From positions 667,619 to 731,618 of the forward strand of contig NW_015167064.1 of assembly GCF_001447785.1 (NCBI RefSeq): a stretch of DNA of 64,000 nucleotides. The letters are read 5' to 3'. How positions within the stretch are numbered: the first letter of the stretch is position 1; the number at the start of each line of letters is the position of its first letter. Under the pieces are notes generated by a model that saw nothing but the letters and a program-made list of their open reading frames with translations, made no database searches and was not told the DNA's origin. Position numbers and translations under genes: made by a program. The stretch comes from Gekko japonicus (lineage: Eukaryota). Below, in pieces: positions 37,496-50,181 of the stretch.

Positions 37496-39345
37496 GCTGT
37501 ACTCTGGCTTGTTCCTCCTGTTCCTTTTAATGCCTCACTTCTTTGTGTTTGGAAAGAGGATGATTTCCTAGCTATGATTCAAACTGCTCAGTAGCAGCCG
37601 GGCATGTGGTAGCAAGAGGAACATTCAGACCTTCTTTCCTACCTCTCTGCCTTCTGTGTGCTCACTGTCTGGCCCATATGCTGTCTCCCTATACATGCCG
37701 CAAAGGGCAGCAGATGGGCAATAATCATGCACACAGACTCGCATACACAGTTATGCACACAAAGGCAATTGGAGACCATGCGGAAGGGGAAAGCAGCTCT
37801 GTGGCAGTGCATGCTGGCAGAACAAAGCTACCACTAGCCTTCCGCTGTGCTTATACTACGGAGTCACCAGGTGCTAGAATGGGCTTATGGATTATTGAAA
37901 GAAGACGAGTTTCAGCATCGTCTTTTTATGCCATTTGTTTCTAATGGCAAACATTACAATTTGCAACTGAATGAACATCAACATTTACCTTTGCTGCAAA
38001 TAGCAGTGAGCATCTTCTGTTTGGAGAGTCATCAATATCCAGCGCCTGAAACTCATTAGGCACTAACTGTAAAGTTTCTGCCTAGTGTGGGACGTAAGAG
38101 ATAACAGCCATTTTCACTACCTGTGGCACTGAACATCTATGAGCCCTTGGTAGGAGTCCAGTATGATGAACAATCATGCTCTTTGTTCTGATATGCTCAT
38201 TGGCCAAAACATTTTATCTGGCATTACTCGCAATATCCAAGAGACATTTGACTGCATTCATTAAAGAAAGAAGTCTTTTTTTCTGCTTTCACTGTTAATT
38301 GGCATAGCTTCTTTAATATGCGCAGTTTGCTATAACCATGATCTTATCTTGTAAGATCAGATCACTGTTATTGCAGAAGCAGAGAAATGAGAGCAAAAGA
38401 GTGACTTATCCAAAACTGTCAAGTCAAACTCTCATTGCAGTGGACCCCACTGGCCCTCAGTGCACTTCTGTTATTGCCTGGCAACCAAAAGCCAACAAAG
38501 CAGCTGTCTATCCACAGATGTCTTCTTCGGTTTCCTTTTCCAGTTTCAGTTCTTCATGGTGCATGGGTAAAAGCTGTTCCATAACAAGTTCCTCTGAGTT
38601 GCAGTTATACTTTTCAGGAGTCAGGACTGTGTCCATGCACAAGGTTTCTAGTCCTTCGTATATTATTGTATATAAAGTCAATTCAAACACACATGACCAT
38701 CATATGTTTTCATCACTCACTTTTATTACGTGATGATTTTAGCTCAGTATACCAGCTGTGTTGGAAAATGTTACTGACTTTGGATGAAATGGATGTTTTT
38801 ACCTGTGATAAACCATCTGTGATGGCACCTTTCACACATACAAGTCACTATTTGATTTTTATCAAGTAATAAACATGCACTATGGATGCTGAAATGCTGT
38901 TGGTTCGTCTCATATCCTGTTTCCCTATTATGAAAAGGGCGTCAAATTTTTTGATGGACCATTTGTTCATCAGTCTCTTCATGGGTGCTCAGGAGGTTGC
39001 TTCACCATATTCCTTCTAAATTTGTATATTTATTTCATAATTAATTACAACAATTGCAAAAAAGGTTGTTCTACAGCGTATAGCAAAAGAAAGCCATGAT
39101 TTTGTTATATTTTGTTCTGGTTTCTTTCATTGTTGCAGTCTTTGCCTCTATTGTTTTACAAGGCATGCAGCATTCTCCTAATAAGGGCATGGCGAGAGCC
39201 ATGTTCCTTAGGGAAAGGGGGAGAAAAAGCAGCCCTTAGGCTACTTTGATTGACTGCAAGCAGTAGCTGTTATGTGCTAGAATGTTTCCAAGTGAAACTG
39301 CAATCATGTTTCACTCAGTCGCTTGTTTTTTTGAATCTGCTGTTC

Positions 39346-39564
39346 TAGGGTTGCCAGGTCTGGGTTGGAAAATACCTGGGGACTTTTGGGGTGGATCCAG
39401 GAGAGGGTGGGGTTTGGGGAGGGGAGGGGCCTCAGCATGGTACAATGCCATAGAGTCCACCCTTCAAAGCAGCCATTTTATCCAAGGGAACTGATCTCTG
39501 TCAGCTGGAGATCACTTGTAGAAGCAGGAGATCCCCAGGCCCCACCTGGAGGCTGGCAACCCTA
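39346..39564. mobile_element. hAT MITE (TAGGGTTGCC family), complete
   Basis: TIRs tagggttgccag / ctggcaacccta; 8-bp TSD tgctgttc / tgttgttc. Confidence 0.92.
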
Positions 39565-40754
39565 TGTTGTTCAGTGTTTTGCATTAGCTTTACCTTGAGT
39601 TTGTGTGTCTTAGTAAAAATAGTTAGTTCCCAGTTCGGCCTCTGAGAGTCTTCATGGAAGATCTGCTGCCATTGCAAATATCTTACAGTAGTCACTAGGA
39701 TTACATACGGCATTCCAGTCCTAAAGGATGGAGGGGGGACTTTTCCTTCCTGCCTCCTCCCTAGGCTAGCACTGCTGTGCCCAGTTTTCCCCTTCAGTTT
39801 ATACTCCCCTGCTTGCCTGCTGCTCTCCATATCTCATCCTTCATCCCAGCAAATCTACCTGAAGGTCCTGCTCCTGCTGCCTTCTTTGTGCCACCAAATG
39901 TCTTTGCCTTTTCGGTCTGCTTATTCCTCATGCTACAGTTCTTCAAGCTAAGCGGCCACAGTGCTTTGGAATCTTTCAAGTCAATTTCCCCATAGACTTT
40001 GTTAAACCTGGGTACCTTGCATTGCCTCAAAAGGGGAGGGGGCTTTATTCCAGCTAAAATTGGGCAGTGTGGGTGTCCTCACAAATACAACAACCCCCCG
40101 AAATTTGTCCAGTTTGGATGGGAAACAATGAAGGTACAGACCCAACAAAAAGGGGAGGGTGTCCTCCATTGAAACCAATGGAAAATAATTACAAAAAATG
40201 AAATTGTGAAAATGAAACTACAATAACTACAGAAACAATGATGAAACAAATAGATATAAAACAACCCAATTAAAAAAACAGTTCCTTTTGGAATTAGTAA
40301 CAAAAATGAAAGAAACTTAAAAAAAGGCTCCCATACAAAAATCTACTTCCTTTCCTTATGCAGTTGGCTTTTGCACATGCAGATACTGAGACAGGCTGAC
40401 TGAGTTCTACTGTCCCCATTCTCGCTATGCTGCAGGCAGTTATTTAAATGGACACTTAAATCAGTGACAAGTTCATTTAAGTAATCCTTAGCAACATTAT
40501 TAGCTGCCAATATGTTTGGATCAGCCACGTTTGCAGGCCCAGGGCCTAATTGGAAGACAGAGGAGAAAAACACAACTCCTCTTCTGTGGAAGGACATGGC
40601 CACAGCAATCATATCCTATGGTAAGTTATGGCTGGTAATTTCAAGCATGCACAGTTTTTAAAAACTTGATGCAAACTGTTCAGCAGAGTCATTCAATGCC
40701 AAACAGAACAGACCAGCTGATCAGCTTATATTTGACTGTCACAGTTATATGTTA

Positions 40755-40845
40755 GAACAAATTTAGAGTCCAGTGGCACCTGTAAGACCAACAAAGTTTT
40801 ATTCAAGGTATGAGCTTGCACACTTTTTCAAATACATTGGAATGG
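40755..40845 (-). mobile_element. Penelope-like element terminal fragment
   Basis: gagtccagtggcacctgtaagaccaacaaagttttattcaaggtatgagc is the reverse complement of the 44660-44710 motif. Confidence 0.75.
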
Positions 40846-40875
40846 TAGGTAAGGTTTAAACTTATAGACAGGGGC

Positions 40876-41315
40876 TAGGGTTGCCAAGTCCTATCTTCAC
40901 CCCCAGTGGGGGACTTTGGGGGGCGTTCCTGGAGGGGGTGGGGCATCCTCAACATGATGATGTCACGTTGGGGACGTCCCCCCTGCTTCCCCGCCCGACA
41001 GGGGTGCCGGCTCCCTGCAGTTAAAGGGGCCCCTTTAACTGTAGGGAGCTGGCGTTTCCCCGTGCACCTGACCTCAGCGGAGATCAGGCATGTGAAACAC
41101 AGGCTCCCTGCAGTTAAAGGGGCCCGTTTAACTGCAGGGAGCTGGCGTTTCTTCACGCCCAATCTCTGAGTGGAGATCGGGTGCGTGGCTGGCCCGCAGC
41201 CACCCCTCTCCCTCGGGAGAGGGGTGGCAGTGGGTGTTGGGGCTTGGGGGCAGGGCTTCCCCTGGCGGCCAGCTGGCCGCCAGTGGGCAGAAGCCCCCCA
41301 AAAGTGGGAGACCCC
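40876..41315. mobile_element. hAT MITE (TAGGGTTGCC family), GC-rich, right end degraded
   Basis: Left TIR tagggttgccaag; two internal palindromes. Confidence 0.7.
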
Positions 41316-42525
41316 TTACCATTACATGTTACTATAGAGCTTTTGTGTTTGCAAGGTTGAATATTTAGTATATCTACAATGGTTTTACAAGGGAGATTTT
41401 GCATAGGCCCTATTCTGACAGAATCTGCCCTTGTGGCCTCAATAGGACAGCTATATCCTTCCATGCACTGCTTGAATGCAGGTTCTTTGAGATCACTATA
41501 TTAAGCCTTTGATCAATCAACCATCCCCCTACACTCTGGAAACCCTGGCTGTTTTGCTCAACAGTAAGGATCCTAAGTTTTACTCTAACTACAAAACTTG
41601 TCTCAGTCCTTTTAGCCCTTGCATCAAAAAAATAAGAAGCAAGTATCTTCTGTTGCTCAGAATCTGTGAATCAATGAGCTTCTAACAGTATAAAAGGAAA
41701 GAAAAGGAAAGACAATCCTACACTTTTATTGAAATGGAGATAATTTTCACATTGGGGATATGCAATTTGTGGGTTGCAGAAAGGTGTGCTTCTTTTCATA
41801 TCACAGCTAGGTTTTGCTATACTTTCAAAATTAATGGGAAAAGGCTATACCTGAATTTTTGTGGATGGCATGGTTTCTATGATAGTACTATCGAGACAGG
41901 GATTTTTTGGATATAAATTTTGTGCTCCTAGGACATTCATAGTTTAATTCAATGAACATTTGGAAGCAAATTATCATGAGCTCTACAACCGTTTGATTTG
42001 GTAGCCCAGTTTACATTTTGCTATCCTTCTTTTTCCTTGTGAGGCAATCTGTGCTGTAAAATGTTTGCCTTTCTAGCTACTTTCCAAGAATAATAGCTTC
42101 ATGTGTTTAGTTTGGCTAAAGGGAGAATATTGGCCACCTGTAAGGAAATAAAACATTCCTCTATATTAAGTTCTTCTTAGCTGTATGTTCTGGAAAACAG
42201 AAACTAATGGGTATTATATAAGATGTTACTTGTGAACCAGTGGAATATCTTGTTCGTCTAACAATCATAAATACATGTATTGCCATTTACAAGGGAGGCT
42301 CTCAGTACATACTCAGCTGAAATGAATGGGAACACTACTGTTCTTTTTTGCTGTTCCCATTTGTTTCAATGGGGGCATGTGCCAAAGAGCATCAGAACAG
42401 GATTACAGTACAGAACTGTATGCAAAACCATACAGAGAATACAGAAATAATAATCAGATACTAGCAAACACATTAAAGTTAATATTAGGTTGAATCCACT
42501 AAGCAGTAACTTTATCTACATATAC

Positions 42526-42808
42526 AAGAAGAAGAAGAAGAAGAAGAAGAAGAAGAAGAAGAAGAAGAAGAAGAAGAAGAAGAAGAANNNNNNNNNNNNN
42601 NNNNNNNNNNNNNNNNNNNNNNNNNNNNNNNCCGCAAACAGAAAAAAAAAAAAAAAAGAGGTAGGGCTGAGAGAGCAACTGCTCTTTTTCAAGAACAGCT
42701 GTGCCGGAACTATGGCTTGCCCAAGGTCATCCAGCAGGTACAAGTGGAGGAGTGAGCAATCAAACCCGGTTCTCCCAGATCTACGCACTTAACCACTGCA
42801 CCAAACTG
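42526..42808 (-). mobile_element. Squam3-type SINE with expanded (AAG)n tail, spanning a gap
   Basis: (aag)n at 42526-42587, gap, then gaggtagggctgagagag...cttaaccactgcaccaaactg. Confidence 0.8.
42588..42631. other. Assembly gap (N run)
   Basis: 44 Ns. Confidence 1.
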
Positions 42809-43126
42809 TTTGACATATTACAGACCTTGATAGTAAATATTCTTCACAAAACAACCCAAGTACATAGGTGCACACAGTGAAGGACTTTATATAATGACAT
42901 ATAAAGGCTTTGTACAAGACTCCCTACAGACAAAAACAGGAGTGAGCAATCAAACCCAGTTCTCCCTTATCTACGCACTTAACCACTGCAGCAAACTGTT
43001 TGACATATTACAAACCTTGATAGAAAATATTCTTCACAAACAACCCAAGTACATAGGTGCACACAGTGAAGGACTTTATATAATGACATATAAAGGCTTT
43101 GTACAAGACTCCCTACAGACAAAAAC
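42748..43126. repeat. Two-copy tandem duplication, 190-bp unit
   Basis: 42748-42937 and 42938-43126; includes the SINE head. Confidence 0.95.
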
Positions 43127-44197
43127 TGAATAATAAACATTTGAATTCCATACATTCTTCCATGATTGCTCTATGACTGCACTAACATGAATGGCACATA
43201 CTTCAGTTTCATATGTTCTGCTTGGAGCTGCCTTTGACGACTGTTCAGAATCTTCCATTGGTGAAAGAGTGAGCTTATGGGAGCATATTAGTCTGTGCTA
43301 TATCAACTGCACTGGATCTCTGTTGGGTTTTTGTCCCAATTCACTTTAAAATCCCACAGAAACTTGGCCCAGGAGCGATTCTTTCTATACCAGCCTCTCC
43401 TTATATGAAGAGCTCTGGAGGAGGCTCTGCTCTGACTCCCTCTCCATGTGAGAAACAAGGTTGGTGGAAAACAGGGGCAGAGCTTTGAGTGGGGATGCCT
43501 ATCAGGCTTGTATTCTCCTCTATTTCTGAGTGAAGACCTTTCTACTTCTGTAGGCATTTGGATGATGGAAGAGCTGCTATTTTGACCAGGTAGGCAAGTT
43601 ATGTTGCTGCCACCATGAGGTTATGGTTTCTAAAAAGATATTAATACCTTGAGGCATCTATTGATGAAGGAAGTTTGGCAAAGCCAACCACTTGTTGCCT
43701 GTACGTCCAGAGTACAAGGGGAGGTGTGGGGTCGTATTTAATCCAGTCTTAGCAGCTGTACGGCATGGGGTTATGACAGTGGGATCTGGCACCTCTCAGC
43801 ACAATTATTTACAGGAAATTAAAAAATATATATTAATATTGTGTTGTTATTGAATTTGTTGCTTTGATTTACTTCATTAGGTTTATTATTGCAATTTTGT
43901 TAGTCAGTTTGAGAGTCATGGGCCATGAACCCAGGATACAAATATGGAAACTCAATACATAAATAACATTGCCATCTTAAGCAGTTTCACCCTTCAAACT
44001 CTGTTGACTTCAATGAGCTTGGGTGGAACACTATCCACTTTATTTATAGCCTGCCTTGCTTCTTGAGTCTCAAGGTGAATTACAAAATACAGAACAATGC
44101 AATCAGTACAAGAACCCACAAACAACACAGGATTACAAAATTAGAAAACAATGCTAACAAAAATACAGAACATGATTTACCATAAATAATGCATAAA

Positions 44198-44750
44198 AAC
44201 AAAGTTTGAGTCCAGTGGCACCTTTCAAAGCAACAACGTTTTATTCAGAGTCAGTTTGGTGTAGTGGTTAAGTGCGCAGACTCTAATCTGGGAGAAATGG
44301 GTTTGATTCCCCACTCCTCTACTTGCACCTGGCTGGATGACCTTGGCCAAGTCATAGTTCTGATAAGAGCTGTTCTTGAAAAAGAGCAGTTTCTGTCAAG
44401 AGCTCTCTCAGCCCCACCTACCTCATAGGGTGTCTGTTGTGGGTAGGGGAAGAGAAAAGGAGTTTGTAAGCCACTCTGAGACACCTTTGGGTAATGAAGG
44501 GTGGGGTATAAACCCAATCTCCTCCTCCTCCTCCTTCTCCTTCTTCTCCTTCTCCTCCTCCTCCTCCTCCTCCTTCTTTTTCTTGGTATGAGCCTTCATA
44601 TGCATGCACATTTCTTCAGATACATTGAAATCTGAAGACGTGTATGTGCACACAAAAGCTTGTACCATGAATAAAACTTTGTTGGTCTTCAAGGTGCCAC
44701 TGGACTCAAACTTTGTTCTACTGCTTCAAACCAACACAGCTACCCACCTG
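44198..44750. mobile_element. Penelope-like element: inverted pseudo-LTR pair with decayed hammerhead cores
   Basis: Arms aacaaagtttgagtccagtggcacct... and ...aggtgccactggactcaaactttgtt are reverse complements. 10-bp TSD aatgcataaa at 44188-44197 and 44751-44760. CTGAAGA cores at 44632-44638 (+) and 44613-44619 (-). Confidence 0.8.
44247..44584 (+). mobile_element. Squam3-type SINE nested in the Penelope element
   Basis: Full SINE with (CCT/CTT)n tail splitting ttattc|...|ggtatgag. Confidence 0.92.
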
Positions 44751-46664
44751 AATGCATAAACAGCAATTGCAAAAATATAATACAATGCAGTAAAAGAAAG
44801 ATAATACATAAAACAAACAGTGGAACAGACCACAATCCTGTTACCTTTACAAAAGTCCCCTCCTGGACCATTTTATTATACCACGACTCTTGTCCCTTTT
44901 TGCAGATGTTCTCCTGAACATTTCTGTTGTGCACAATCTGCAAAATATTCAAGTGTGGGAGCCCTCCTGGCCTCCTGAGGCAGACCATTCCATAAAGCGG
45001 ATTGCAACAGAGAATGTTCAGATGTAGGCAGTTGTTGGTTTTACCCGCCGTCAGAAGGCTTTGCTCAGATGAATGTGGCTGTTTTGGGCTGGCAGAACAT
45101 AGCAGGAGAGGTGGTCCTACAGATGTGAAAGCTTAAGTTCATGAAGTAGCTTGCCGGTGATAAGCAGAGTTACAACCTTTAAAGCCCATTCACTTCAGTG
45201 GAGTTAGAAAGGTTTACATCCATTTAGAATTGCACTACGAAACTCTGTTTCTTTGGAGGAAGAACATCATTTTATTCTTCAGCTCTCAGGCAAGTTCTTT
45301 CTTAGATGTATAAAGCTGCATATTATTTATTTATTTACAACCCACCTTTCTCAAAGTGGATTACACAGTGTAAATTGATACAAACAATGGAATGAGACAT
45401 CTGATAAGCAGTATACCAGGACTAGATTACAGAATCTAAACAAACATAGGATGTTAGAAATGATACAGAGTGAAAACACAATGCAGAAAAATGGTCTTAC
45501 ATCAGTAGAAAATAATGCAGTGACAACAGGATAATGCATTCAGCAAACAGACAATGCATTGTATACACAGTGGTACAATCCTCAGTCTCTTTTCCTTTAT
45601 AAAGCACCTTTCTGAACCAATTTGGTATATTATAGCCATATAACCTTTATAGACAAGTCTTCCTGAATGACTTCATTTTATATAGATTACGGAATGACAG
45701 AAGCATGGGAGCCTTTGTGACCTTTTCAGGCAGGCCATTCCATAGGGTGGGGGGGCACTACAGAGAAATCATGTGTACCGGTGGTTGTTGTTGGTCTTGT
45801 CCATTTGCATAGTGACCCCTACAGCAGGCCTTGAACAGATGAGAGAAGCAGTCTGGCTGGAACACAAGAGGAGAGGTGGTTCTGCAGGTACTTATTTATC
45901 TGGGATCTTTTGGCTATCTGGGATCTTTCAAACTGAGAATACCAGTAACTGAACCTATATCCCATTGCATGGAAAACTTGCATTCTATCACTGAGGTACA
46001 GGCCTCCCTTCTTGAAAATTGATGTGGTGTCCCTGAAGTCATCAGTAAAACCCAGGCCTCTTTCCAAATTATGAGCTATGGTAGCATAGCAGTTTTTCCA
46101 TAGGATATTACCTACTTTCTCTGCATAGGGACATTGAAATTTATTATTCTGGGCATACAGTGTGTATTTAGCATTCTGATTGTTATTTAAATCAAGGATT
46201 GTTTTCACCACAGGAACATGAAGGATTACTGCGTGTCTAAGGATTCCAGTTTTCCCAGGCTAGTATATTTGCTTATTCATAAGAGGTAGATGTTTTATAT
46301 AAGCAGTGTAGGATTTCTAAGCAGACTGTGATGTGCTTTCATTTCTTGTTCATATAAGGTGCAGAAATGTGCTTTATTTTATATTAGGAATGAATCCATC
46401 ATCTCATTCAGTTGCTCAGCAGGATGTTTACATAAAAGTGTTACAAAACAACTCTGTGTCTGAACACAGAGAGATGGATATTAATCTCCAAATTCCTTTC
46501 TTTTTTTCCCCTTACTCTACTCCTCTGACCTATCAGTCTTAAGTAGTATTTATCAAACATGACTGGGGATATGAGAAAGGAAGGAAGAATTTAGGCCAGA
46601 GACCCTAAACTACAAAACCAACTGTTTTAATCCCCAAATTGCGTTTGGCCACTATGCTACCAAG

Positions 46665-46850
46665 GAAGGAAGACGGCATGGTATAGCCCAGTATCATCAT
46701 ATCTCGGAAGGTAAGGAGGAACACTACTTGGATGGGAAACCACCAAAGAAGACTCTGCAGAGGAAGGCAATGGCAAACCACCTCTGCTTCTCATTTGCCT
46801 TCAAAGCCCCTTGCTGGGATTGCCATAAATCAGTTGATACTAGACAGTAC
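46665..46850 (+). mobile_element. 5S rRNA-derived SINE
   Basis: atctcggaaggtaag...tacttggatgggaaaccacc, then gcagaggaaggcaatggcaaaccacctctgctt; homologous to 25027-25237. Confidence 0.8.
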
Positions 46851-46884
46851 TCATGTATGTACTATGCTATCAGTTTCTGTCACT

Positions 46885-47358
46885 GAGGTTTACAAGATTA
46901 TGCATGGGATAGAGCAGGTAGAGAAAGAAGTACTTTTCTCCCTTTCTCACAATACAAGAGCTCATGGGCACTCAATGAAATTGCTGAGCGGTCGGGTTAG
47001 AACAGATAAAAGGAAGTACTTCTTCACCCAAAGAGTGATTAACACATGGAATTCACTGCCACAGGAGGTGGTGGTGGCTACAAGCATGGACGGCTTCAAG
47101 AGGGAATTAGATAAGCATATGGAGCAGAGGTCTATCAGTTGCTATTAGCCACAAGGTATAGTTAGGAATTCTCAGTCTGAGGCAAGTGATGCTCTGTATT
47201 CTTGGGGGGGTGGGGACAACAGTGGAAGGGCTTCTAGTGTCCTGGCCCCACCGATGGACCTCCGGATGGCACTTGGTATTTTTGGCCACTGTGTGACAGA
47301 GTGTTGGACTGGATGGGCCATTGGCCTGATCCAACATTGGCTTCTCTTATGTTATTAT
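46885..47358 (+). mobile_element. CR1 LINE 3' end (ORF2 C-terminus and 3' UTR)
   Basis: EVYKIMHGIE...HNTRAHGHSMKL...RKYFFTQRVINTWNSLPQEVV...FKRELDKHME; tail cttctcttatgtt. Confidence 0.95.
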
Positions 47359-50181
47359 GCCTTTGTGTATGATCAATTATGTGATACATATATTGCTTAT
47401 CAGGGCATGATTCAGCCAGGGTCATATACTTCTGGGTCCCATGGATTTCAGGGGAGAGAAATGCAGATGTTCTTAATCTCATTTCAGTCTCTAGGACCCA
47501 GAAGCCATTTCCATTGTTCAGATTGTGCCCTACCTCTATGATGAGGTAGCTTGTGTACCATAACAGGGGTATAATAGGAATTATATTTAAAATTGCATAG
47601 AATAGAGTATCATTGTTGTCTTGTAATGGAAGCATGTCTATTTACGTAATATTAATGTATATATCTATTGCTATGCCCCATCATTGTTACAATTGGTTGA
47701 AGTGCTACAAAGAAATAAAAAGCAATTTTATGCCGAATGATGAAAAGTACATTAGACCCTTTGAGATCAAGTCTGCACAACTTCATTTGATTTCTTTTCT
47801 TCTCCAGAAAATTATGTCTCTTAAGCAAATGAAAATTCTTCATGAGAGTCTTTGGCAGCATCAAGTGTAAAGACAAATCTGTGTTTAGCTGCCTGCACTC
47901 CCTTTGAATGTTCTTGTAAATAATGCTACCAGTGATAATCTAATCCACAAGGTGAAAACAACAACAATGCTATTTTGGTATTGGTTCAAAAGCCGTAAAT
48001 GTCTGTCTGTTGGAAAGAGGCAGGAAATTTTATACTTGGATACAAAGGAAAGAGGGTGAAGTTAGGAGATACTATTTTGTGAACTGTCATATGTTTTCTG
48101 AACTTTTCGTAATGGAACAAAGTCTCCAAAGAGCCCTTGTTCCTCACTCCTCACACAAAAGCATGTCCCAGTTTATTAAAAAATCATACACAACAGTGCT
48201 GCCTGCCAGATTTTATAGTCCTGAAGAAAATTTGGTCCAGAGCATTAAAAAAAAATCTGGAATAATGCCTGAAATTTCCCTGTCGCAGATGTTTCAACAG
48301 AAGGTGCTTGCATACTATTCGTTAATACATCGCCATACGGGACTCGGTATGACCACCGCAATAACCAGTAAGTAACACACGCAGTATGCACTTTGCTGCG
48401 CCAAATTTTCCGTCTGTTGTGTGGGGCTAGCATCCTGCGGATTGAGACGTACCTTGATGAAACTGTATTGTCATTGAATGATAATATTTGTGGATCACTC
48501 TGATAGAAAACATCCCGTCAAGGATGTGGGAGGTCTGTTTAAAAATTCTGTGCAGCTCGTTTGGCATTTCCATCACTGAGAAGGAAGGTGAATGTTAGCA
48601 TTTAGACCTTCTCTCTCTCTCTCTTTTTTTTAAAAAATGCCAATTTGCAAGAGAAGCCTTAGGGGTATGAGAGCACTTTCTCTTTGAGAAATGCCATTGA
48701 ATTTTAATCGGTACCACCATGTAATTAAAGGGCTCTGTGAAATACAGTAATTACAGTGCTCTGAAAAAAGAACTGCACAGACATAACATTCTCTTCCATT
48801 AATTATTTTTTTCTGTTGTGCCTTAAAGTTTAAAAAAGGGGAGGGGAAGCAAAAGGAAAGTTGTTTAGCATACTTGACCCTATCAGTAATAATTTGGATG
48901 TCATATTGTTAAAAATAGCTAACTATCAGATTTGCTTTGTTGTATGCTTTTTTCTTTTACTTTGTATTAAGAGAAATGGTATTGCTGTAATATCCAAAAT
49001 CAGGTTGTGTACAGCAAAAAATCTCACATACTGTTGAGATCAGCATAAGTGTACGTTACACACAAGACTAATAATGACAGCTGTCAATTAAAGCAGATTG
49101 CAAAATGAAGCTAGCATGACCAAAGTTAAAGGCTGCTTCATATGTTCATGTCTGGAAGAAGGCATTTCAGTGGTTCCAAGATTCACAGCAACAGCTTGAA
49201 GGTGTCTAGTTCAAAGACATTGCACTTGAAGATTAATCACATGTGGTCTTTGCCCTTCTTAAATGATGACCCTGCCAAACAGCTTCTGTGGTATAGTAAC
49301 TTGCTTGTCAGACTAGAAATGAGAAGGCCTGAGTTCAAATCCTTACTCAGAGCCAAAACAGACAAGATATTGAGAGATCTGTGTATAGAACTTTCCAAAA
49401 CGTATTTGAAATAATAGATATTCAGTTCTACAGACTGTCATGCAGTGATCTTTCACAACACCTATGATATGATCATTTTAACTAAAGATGCCGGGATTGA
49501 CCCTGGAACCTTCTGCAGGCCGAGCAGCTGTTTTACCACTGGGCCACAGTTCTTTCTTTGAGGAAGAGTTTAAACTTGACCCGTCCCATGTTATCTTTCA
49601 AGCTGAAATGGTCCCATAGAGAGCCAGTTTATCCACAGAGAGAAAACATACTTCTATGAAAACCTGTATGCTTTCCCAAAAGGGGCAAATCAGTCTTTTT
49701 CAGCATGAAAAGCCCTTCACCACAGTCTAGGCTGGTCAGGTTGCCTGCCAAGTCAATAGGTGGCGGCAGGCGGACGAGAGGTGCAAAACAGCATCTTGCA
49801 ATGCTGCAACATCATCTCTGGCTGCATAAATGGAAGGGACATAACTGCATTGTGGGATGTGCTAAGATTCAGGGGTGAATCCCAGAGTATCCCATAATGT
49901 GGTGATGATAGTTCCAGTTACACAGCCAGAAGTGATGTTGTGGCATTACTATTCCCTACTTTTATAGTAGAAAGCCTTGATCCACGTAATATTTGTCTTT
50001 CAACACAAACCATGGCATTTCTTTCAGGGGAGTCAAGCAAGTTTTACCCGGTTTGCTCATGAATGCTTCTTCACAGTGTTTGTGTTTTCCCTCCCCTTTG
50101 CAAGAACATGAACCAGGACTAGTGCTGGTGCTTGGGCAACCTGCTACACTGATTTTTGAGAGTTATCAATGGATTTAAGGG

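Larger units (their letters stand above)
44040..45900 (-). mobile_element. Degraded L2 3' fragments (about 44040-45160 and 45325-45900) hosting nested insertions
   Basis: Antisense L2 tails (tttatttat...ctcaaggtgaattaca; ctcaaagtggattacac) and antisense LWNxLP motifs (ggcagaccattccata; ggcaggccattccata). Confidence 0.6.

Noticed and set aside
37865-37900. HQVLEWAYGLLK resembling the Harbinger VIERAFGLLK motif
   Set aside because: Isolated short match with no upstream DG/HD/GD motifs in register.
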